64,000 nt of DNA. It comes from a virus. The position numbers and the translations under genes are program-made. The stretch lies in the IMG/VR virus record IMGVR_UViG_3300031521_000027, positions 32,001 to 96,000 of that record; one strand, written 5' to 3'. Below are positions 57,725 to 64,000 of this stretch, piece by piece. The notes beneath the pieces were generated by a model. It did no database searches, was not told the origin of the DNA, and saw nothing but the letters and a program-made list of their open reading frames with translations. How positions within the stretch are numbered: the stretch's first letter is position 1; each line of letters starts with the position of its first letter.

Positions 57725-59964
57725 ATGGCTCAGTTCTCACTCACCATCAACCTCGACGGTGAGGCGTTCTCCGAGGAGACCGAAGACCGTATGGACACCC
57801 AGCTCGCTCCCGAGTACGAGCTGCACCGCCTTCTGACCGACATCGCCGTGACCGTGAAGTACGGGACCTTCGAGGGCTCCATCATCGACATCAACGGTCA
57901 CAAGGTCGGGCAGTTCGCGATCAACACCGAGGACCCCCAGACCTTCTCCCTCGCACAGGTGCAGGACCGCAACGAGCACTTCGCCAAGGACGCACGCTTC
58001 GTGCAGGTGAACTGACATGACCCGCTTCTACGGTGGCCTGATCAACAGGCTTCAGGAGGGCGCTACGGTGCGCGAGGTCCCCAAGGTGGGGGACGGGGCC
58101 ACCATGTACCTCTACAGCGACAGGCACGCCTACACGGTGCGCGAGGTGAAGGTCAGCCCCAGTGGGAAGACCATCACGATCAAGGCCACCCGGGACCACG
58201 CAGTGCGTACCGACGGCGGGGGCTTCAGTGAGTCCCAGACCTACGACTTCACCACGGTGGGGGAGCCCGAGGACGGGCAGACCTTCAAGAGCGTTTCAGG
58301 AAAGCCGTTCCGCTCCGTCTACTGGGACCACGAGGCCAACGGCTACCGGATGTCCGAGACCATCCTGCGGGTCGGTCACCGCGACGAGTACTACGACTTC
58401 ACCAAGTAGCCAGCTGGGCTCCCGGTCCTCGTGATCGGGAGCCCACACGCACGAGAGGAACAACTAATGGACACCTTCATCCGCGTCGCCGTCCCCGAGG
58501 CTGTCACGCTCCGCACCAAGGAGCTGCTCAGTGGACTGGGCATCGAGGCCAAGTTCGTGGACGACCTTGCCGAGGTCACCGCCCGCGACATCCTCGCCAC
58601 CTACGCCGGGTGTGCGGGGGTAGATGATTCTGAGCGGTTCGCTCCCGGCGACCGCTTCATCACCATCGGCACCGACCCGGGACGCAAGGGCATCGTCGTC
58701 AGGCTCGAACGCAACCTCCGGGTCAATACCACGGTGTGTGTCGTGCTCGACGGTGAGGACAAGGTGATGAGCTTCGGAGCCAGCGTGATGCAGCTCATCG
58801 AAGACGCCCTGCCCGAGGACGAGGAGATCCTCGACGACATCCCCCCGCTCCGGCAGGAGAACGAGGAGCTGAACGAGGACATGGTCTACCGGGCCCTGCG
58901 CGCTACACCCAGCACTGCCACAGCACAGTCCCAGCACGCAGCTGCGGGAGCCTTGTTCGCCATGCTGCGCTCCCGGCCCTACTCGGCACCACGGCTGAAC
59001 GAGCGTCAGGTCTGCAACTTCGTGGAGGTCATGGTCGGCCTCCCCTGCATCACCGGGGCACAGGCAGCCGCCGTGCTCGCACTCGTTTACGGAAAGGAAG
59101 TCCAGTCATGACCGCACTCGACCGCATCGTTCGTTTCTACGGGATCGGTGAGACCATCATCCTCGCCGAGTTCAAGGCAGCCGAGAAGCTGATCAAGGAG
59201 TACGTGGACGACACCATCGCAGGCATCCGGGCACGTATTTCCTGAAACAGTTGACAGGAGAGCTGCTGTGTCCTAAGCTAGAGACATGAACACAGCAGCT
59301 TCCCTGAACTACACACTCAACCCCGAGTGCATCAAGGTCGACCGCTTCATGGGCCTGAACATCGTGTTCGTACCCGCAGGCATGGTCTACCGGGTCACCG
59401 ACGTCAACGGGATCAGTTACTTCGAGTCCACCCCTGACCGGCTCATCGCCTTGATGAAGCAGCACGGGCGCAAGCACCTCAAGAGGAAGGCACGTTAGAT
59501 GGGCAAGTGGGAGATCGCCAACAACGGCAGCGGGAAGCGTATCTACTTCCTCTTCAAGGACACCCCCACGGGCACGGAGTACCACTGGAGTGCAGGAGGT
59601 AACCTCGTCCGCTACGCATCACACATCACTGCACAGAAGGCGGCAGACAAGCTCAACGCCTGACCCCAAGCCACTGTGGCCTCGTTCCTCCGGGAGCGGG
59701 GCCACTTGACTTTGTGTCCCTAACATGAGACAATAGACGTATGAGCTACCCAGACCCTCGGAAGGAGGCCACCTCATGGAATACCGGATCTACCGCAGCA
59801 CCATCGCTCCCGAGAACGTCATGCCTGAGCGGGCTGACTCCCAGCTGGAGGCCAGCTTGCTGGCACAGAAGCTCTCCTACCTCGAACCCAGCATCCGCTT
59901 CATCGTGAGTGACCGGGACATGAACTACCTGTCCAGCTACCTCGACGGCACCTACATCCAGTGA
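57725..59964 (+). CDS. early hypothetical genes (57725-58015, 58017-58409, 58467-59111, 59108-59245, 59286-59498, 59499-59663, 59776-59964)
   Basis: Early promoters 57658 and 59251; RBSs and coupling. Confidence 0.62.
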
Positions 59965-60044
59965 TCACGAGCCCTCGTTCCTTCGGGAGCGGGGGCACTC
60001 GTGTGTGGGTGGGATGAAGATTCTGAGCGGGCTCGCGCAGCGCC

Positions 60045-60092
60045 AACGAACGCTTGCCTTAACCGCTCTAGTGCAAACGAACGCTTGCCTTA
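60045..60092 (+). repeat. 17-bp direct repeat AACGAACGCTTGCCTTA x2 (31-bp period)
   Basis: 60045-60061 and 60076-60092, upstream of deacetylase promoter. Confidence 0.85.
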
Positions 60093-60184
60093 TTCACCTG
60101 TCCTCAACTTGTGTCAGTGTCCCAAGTCTGGTACAGTAGAGCTATCGAGGTCGCAAGGACCTCTTCGCAGTAGGAAGTACCCGC

Positions 60185-61414
60185 ATGACCTCAATCATCA
60201 TTGGCTACACCCCCAGCTACCTCGGCTGGAAGGGCAGCTACGCCTCCCCCCGCCGTGCCCACCTCGCCGTCGAGCACATCATCGCTCGCGCCGAAGAGGA
60301 GGGCGTGGACATCGAGATCATCGAGCCCACGTTCAACCGGATGCAGGTGGCCAAGGAGCTGTCCCGCGTGCACTCCAAGTCCTACGTGGCCAACGTGCTG
60401 CGCGGAGCCCATAAGGAGCACCCCGGCCAGCAGGGACAGATCGCAGCGCTCATGTTCGAGGGCACCCGCGTGCTCGTGGACAAGATCATCGCCGACGGCT
60501 TCATCCCGCAGGTGTACTTCAACCCGCAGGGTGCCAAGCACCACGCCGGGTACGACGACAGCTCGGGCTTCTGCGTGTTCAACGACATGGCCTACGCCGC
60601 CACGGTCTTCACTGACCGTGGCCTGAAGGTGGCCTACCTCGACTGGGACGTGCACCACGGCGACGGGGTGGAAGCGCTCACCCGCAACAACCCCAACGTG
60701 CTCACCGCGTCGATCCACCAGTTCGGCATCTTCCCGGGCACTGGGCTGAAGAGCCAGTGGAAGAACAGCGTGTTCAACTTCCCCATGGCAGCTGGAGACG
60801 GTGACGAGGAGTTTCTCGAAACTGTGGCCATCGCCCTTGAGGCCATCAAGGACTTCGAGCCGGACGTGTTCCTGCTCGCAGCAGGGGCTGACGGCCTCAA
60901 CGAGGACCCGCTGGGCAGCCTGCGCTACACCCTCGACGGCATCGAGACCGCAGCCACCATGGTGGGCAAGCTCGCCAAGGAGCTGAACATCCCCGTGCTG
61001 ATCGGCGGGGCGGGCGGCTACACCCCGTTCACGTTCACCCCGCTGGCATGGCACACCACTGTGTGGGCCATCCACGACGAGCTGAAGAAGGCTGTCAAGA
61101 GCATCGACGAGGAGGCGTTCGACTGGTCGGGCTCCCGCTACGACTGGGACCGCACGGATGGCCACAGCGAGGGCGAGAAGCCCGCTCTGGACGAGGCAAT
61201 CGAGGAGGGCTACAGCAACGACCGTGCAGCTCACATCGACGCCATCATGGACGGACTGGAGGGCATCCCCAGTGACTGCTGGGAGGACGTCCTCACCCGC
61301 GAGGAGTACGACCTCGTGGCATCCAAGATCGAGCCGATCATCCTCGCCGACGCACAGCGTGCAGCAGCCGAGGTCTCCAAGCCCCGGCGCAAGGGCAAGC
61401 GGGGTCGCCGCTGA
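60185..61414 (+). CDS. Zn-dependent histone deacetylase/AcuC-family protein
   Basis: G.KHHA....SGFCVFND, LDWDVHHGDG, SIHQ..IFPGTG, GADG...DPLG, GGGY. Confidence 0.95.
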   Translation: MTSIIIGYTPSYLGWKGSYASPRRAHLAVEHIIARAEEEGVDIEIIEPTFNRMQVAKELSRVHSKSYVANVLRGAHKEHPGQQGQIAALMFEGTRVLVDKIIADGFIPQVYFNPQGAKHHAGYDDSSGFCVFNDMAYAATVFTDRGLKVAYLDWDVHHGDGVEALTRNNPNVLTASIHQFGIFPGTGLKSQWKNSVFNFPMAAGDGDEEFLETVAIALEAIKDFEPDVFLLAAGADGLNEDPLGSLRYTLDGIETAATMVGKLAKELNIPVLIGGAGGYTPFTFTPLAWHTTVWAIHDELKKAVKSIDEEAFDWSGSRYDWDRTDGHSEGEKPALDEAIEEGYSNDRAAHIDAIMDGLEGIPSDCWEDVLTREEYDLVASKIEPIILADAQRAAAEVSKPRRKGKRGRR

Positions 61415-61544
61415 TCAAGATTCTGAGGAGGACCGGGGGCAACCTCGGTCCTCTTTAGTTTTCGGAAACAGTTGACACAAGGTAGGTACATGCCCTAAAC
61501 TTGAGACATCAAGCCGGAACAAACCACACCGAAGGGCACCAGCC

Positions 61545-62498
61545 ATGGACATCACCACTCCCGAGAACATCACCGTCGAGAGCTTCACCTCCCCCGTCCT
61601 CACCGGCAGGGACCAGCGCAGCCTCAAGGCGTTCGTGCTCGCAGGCATCCTCCCCAACGGTGACCAGCACCGGGTCAGCCTCACGGTCAGCCACGACGCC
61701 GACCGCAAGTCCTTCCGTGTCAGCGTCAGCCGCTACACCCGGGAAGCCAGCACGGACCACGGGTTCGTCGTCGAGCACTACGCCCTCATGGAGGACATCG
61801 CATCGCTGGGCGGGATCAAGGTCGCCCGGTACAGCTTCAAGGCCCTGAACGCCACCTTCCTCGACGCTCTCCCGGTCGCGGTCGCAGCCCTCAAGGATCA
61901 GCTGGCTGACTTCCTGCTCACCCCGACCACGGCCCGCTGATCATGAAGAGCGGCATCGCACTGATCGTGCTGGGCGTTCTCCTGCTCGCCACTGGAGTCA
62001 TCACTCCCGGCCTGCTCGGGATCTCCATGGGCCTCCTGATCGCCATCAAGTCCAAGGCCACCCACCGGGTGCCCGTGGTCCCCCATGCTCCGCAGCGGAT
62101 GATCCAGCCGCAGGAGCAGGCACCCATGGACTGGAGGGTGGCCCTGTCTGACGTACGCACCCACGTGAAGGACACCGGGTGCCTCGTGCGCAGGAGCGAC
62201 TTCGAGAGCAAGAACGGGTTCTGCCCGAACGGGGGGAGCTACTGGGAGCACGACTGATCCAGACCCAAGAGCACTCGGCTTGTTTCTCGAAAGAGTTGAC
62301 AGGTCGAGTGCTCTGTCCTATACTTGAGACATGAGCAACGGTATCAGCGGTCAACCAGCCACCCCCTACAAGCACACCTTCGCCACCGGCACCGAGTGCT
62401 ACAGGGCCCGTGCAGCAGCCATCCGCAGGGGTGAGTCCGTGAGTGGGGCCCACCGCACGAAGGAGACCTTCTGGTTCAAGAGCAACGTCAAGGACTGA
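61545..62498 (+). CDS. early hypothetical genes (61545-61940, 61943-62257, 62331-62498)
   Basis: Promoters 61472 and 62296. Confidence 0.62.
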
Positions 62499-62506
62499 AC
62501 AGCAAG

Positions 62507-62537
62507 AAGCCCCCGACTCCACAGTGAGTCGGGGGCT
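62507..62537. terminator. bidirectional terminator AGCCCCCGACTC...GAGTCGGGGGCT
   Basis: 12-bp perfect stem between convergent genes. Confidence 0.75.
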
Positions 62538-62587
62538 CTGCTATGCCCGGGAGGGAGGGGGGAAGATTCTGAGCCTCCCCAGCGGGA

Positions 62588-62881
62588 TCACACCGTGGGT
62601 TCGACGGGCGGCTCCTGCGGATCGGCGGCGTTGGCGGCGGTGTCCAGTGCATCTGCCGACCCGGTCAGCGTTGCGGTGATCGCGTCGATGTCAGCCTGCT
62701 GGAGAGTGCCAGCGTCGAGCTTGGCCTTGAGGTCTTCGAGTGCGGCGATGGCTTCCTGTACCTCCGAGGAGACACGGGTAGCTGCGGCTTGCAGGGCTTC
62801 GAGAGCGGCCATGATGAGATCCAGCTTTCTGTCGATGGAGTGTGGGTAGTCGTGATGGACGTGGACGTGGATTGTCGCCAC
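62588..62881 (-). CDS. coiled-coil protein with HVHVHH N-terminus
   Basis: RBS AGAGGG; Ala-rich heptads. Confidence 0.65.
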   Translation of the reverse strand: MATIHVHVHHDYPHSIDRKLDLIMAALEALQAAATRVSSEVQEAIAALEDLKAKLDAGTLQQADIDAITATLTGSADALDTAANAADPQEPPVEPTV

Positions 62882-63046
62882 TTGTGCGCCCCTCTGGGTT
62901 GAAGTGCAGGGAGTCCCGCAGGCATCACGCTACAAGCACTCACAGTGCGGCTGGCAAGGAGCAAACTTGCCCCAAAGTCGTTTCGACTTGTTTCTCAAAA
63001 CAGTTGACAACCAGTGCCCAATGACCTAAGCTAGGTACATAAGCAA

Positions 63047-63144
63047 GAGAGAGCCCCGAAGGGCACTGGCAGCAAGGCACGGATGCTGAGCTGGAACCCT
63101 GAGACTGATCAACAGCGCAGGGTGCAGAGCGAAGGGGCTCTCTC
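63047..63144 (+). ncRNA. candidate structured leader RNA
   Basis: 11-bp closing stem GAGAGAGCCCC/GGGGCTCTCTC enclosing two hairpins, right after early TSS. Confidence 0.45.
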
Positions 63145-63167
63145 AATATCGAGGAAGGCTCCTCCCC

Positions 63168-64000
63168 ATGAACATCCAGTTCACCTGCCCCCAATGCGGG
63201 CGGATCGAGAACATCGCCACCGCAGTCCACACGTTCCCCTCCTACTCCAAGGCCGTCACGGTCATCTGCTCCACCTGCACGGAAGGCAAGTAGTCATGAG
63301 CAACACCCTCCCCCCGGCCCTGATCAAGGCCATCGACGCCAAGTTCGTCACACTGGGCACCCAGCTGGACGAGGCACGCGCCATGCTGAAGGAGGGCAGG
63401 TACGCCAACACCAAGAACTCCCGCCGCCAGCTCATGCAGAGCATCCAGTACCTCGAAGCCCGGTTGGCTGGCCAGCTGGACATCATGCAGCTCACCCACA
63501 ACTTCACTGCACAGGCCCTCACACGCGAGGAGCTGTACCACGGCACCGGCTTCGCTCCCGGCGCGCTCTTCATCCAGATCAACTGATCCAACACTCACGG
63601 CCCGTGTTTCTCGAAAGAGTTGACACGGGCCTCTGTGTGTCCTAAGATAGAGACATGAAGTTCATTGCTGGCGGAATCGCCCTGTACGCGCTGGGCCTGT
63701 ACCTCGCATCCACCCACTTCGGCGGATGGGCGTTCCTCTGCCTGATCGTCGGCACCATCCTGATCCTGAACGCACACGAGTGATCGAGGCACTGGTCGTC
63801 GCCCCCACCGTCTCCCTGATCGGGATGATCGTGTGGGGCATCGTGTACGCCGTGCTCGACGCCATCGCCCCCCACCTACCCACAACAAGATTCTGAAAAG
63901 GAGCATCACCATGGTCTTCGGTATCCCCGCCGCTGTGCGCCTCACCATCGTCGAGGCCATTGGCCCCTTCGTGATCATCGAGGTGGGCAAGAGCGACATC
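63168..64000 (+). CDS. small early genes (63168-63293 Zn ribbon, 63296-63586, 63655-63783 membrane, further partial ORFs)
   Basis: CPQC/CSTC; leaderless ATG at 63655 after promoter 63620. Confidence 0.58.

Larger units (their letters stand above)
57073..59997. repeat. repeated terminator family CCTCGTTCC(TT)CGGGAGCGGGG
   Basis: Copies at about 57073(+), 57260(-), 59677(+), 59969(+). Confidence 0.75.
43285..63654. promoter_or_regulatory. family of about 16 host sigma-A-type early promoters TTGACA-N17/18-TA(A/T)(G/A)(A/C)T-(A/T)GAGAC-AT
   Basis: -35 starts on + at 43285, 43907, 45479, 46458, 48043, 49007, 56480, 57658, 59251, 61472, 62296, 63004, 63620; on - at about 55817, 56446, 57623. Confidence 0.9.

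Noticed and set aside
1702-61234. Long minus-strand ORFs opposite major genes (e.g. 28199-30553, 13680-15131, 21736-23214, 60191-61234)
   Set aside because: Shadow ORFs expected from high GC3 codon usage; no RBS, promoter or protein motifs
43321-61545. ATC at +1 of early leaders acting as a leaderless start in frame with the downstream ATG
   Set aside because: In frame in only 4 of 8 cases; not distinguishable from chance
63060-63125. Canonical TPP riboswitch call
   Set aside because: J3/2 UGAGA and the P5 loop are not properly present, and the downstream gene is unrelated to thiamine
2500-63616. Palindrome as canonical parS
   Set aside because: Spacer is 2 bp shorter than GTTTCACGTGAAAC, the centre is variable, and no ParB gene is in the window
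43281-63660. Early-region repeats as a CRISPR array or integron attC sites
   Set aside because: Spacing is gene-sized and irregular, the repeats are promoter/RBS elements, and no cas or integrase gene is in the window

Overview
The window is an internal 64-kb segment of a large, high-GC tailed phage, probably a siphovirus of an actinobacterial host. It has three parts. (i) 1-18.5 kb: head-tail and tail genes, including a GT4 glycosyltransferase, the major tail protein, -1 frameshift chaperones, the tape measure, three paralogous minor tail proteins and a large fibre. (ii) 18.7-43 kb: replication, recombination and lysis genes, including a SNF2 helicase, two different phage sigma factors, DnaB, primase parts, clamp-loader delta/delta'-like proteins, PolA, SSB, RuvC, RecA, holin, endolysin, a MazG-like protein and NADAR. 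(iii) 43-64 kb: small early genes in repeated promoter-leader-ORF-terminator cassettes, plus a Toprim (TopoVI-A/JetD-like) protein, an SbcC N-terminal half and a histone-deacetylase-family enzyme. The most notable signal is a regulatory code written into the DNA. Three promoter classes (host sigma-A; CTGCG-N15-GGCGTAYCART; GYCGATCTTC-N6) fit a host -> ECF-like -> FliA-like sigma cascade. A palindrome TTTC-NN-GAAA recurs throughout the window (at least 25 exact copies found by eye), is embedded in coding sequence via rare codons, and abuts most early -35 boxes. An asymmetric 12-mer SAWGATTCTGAG is strand-polarised and becomes denser toward the right end. I recognised no tRNA, rRNA, CRISPR array or integrase. 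Counts and coordinates were made by eye, and protein families were assigned from motifs without database searches.
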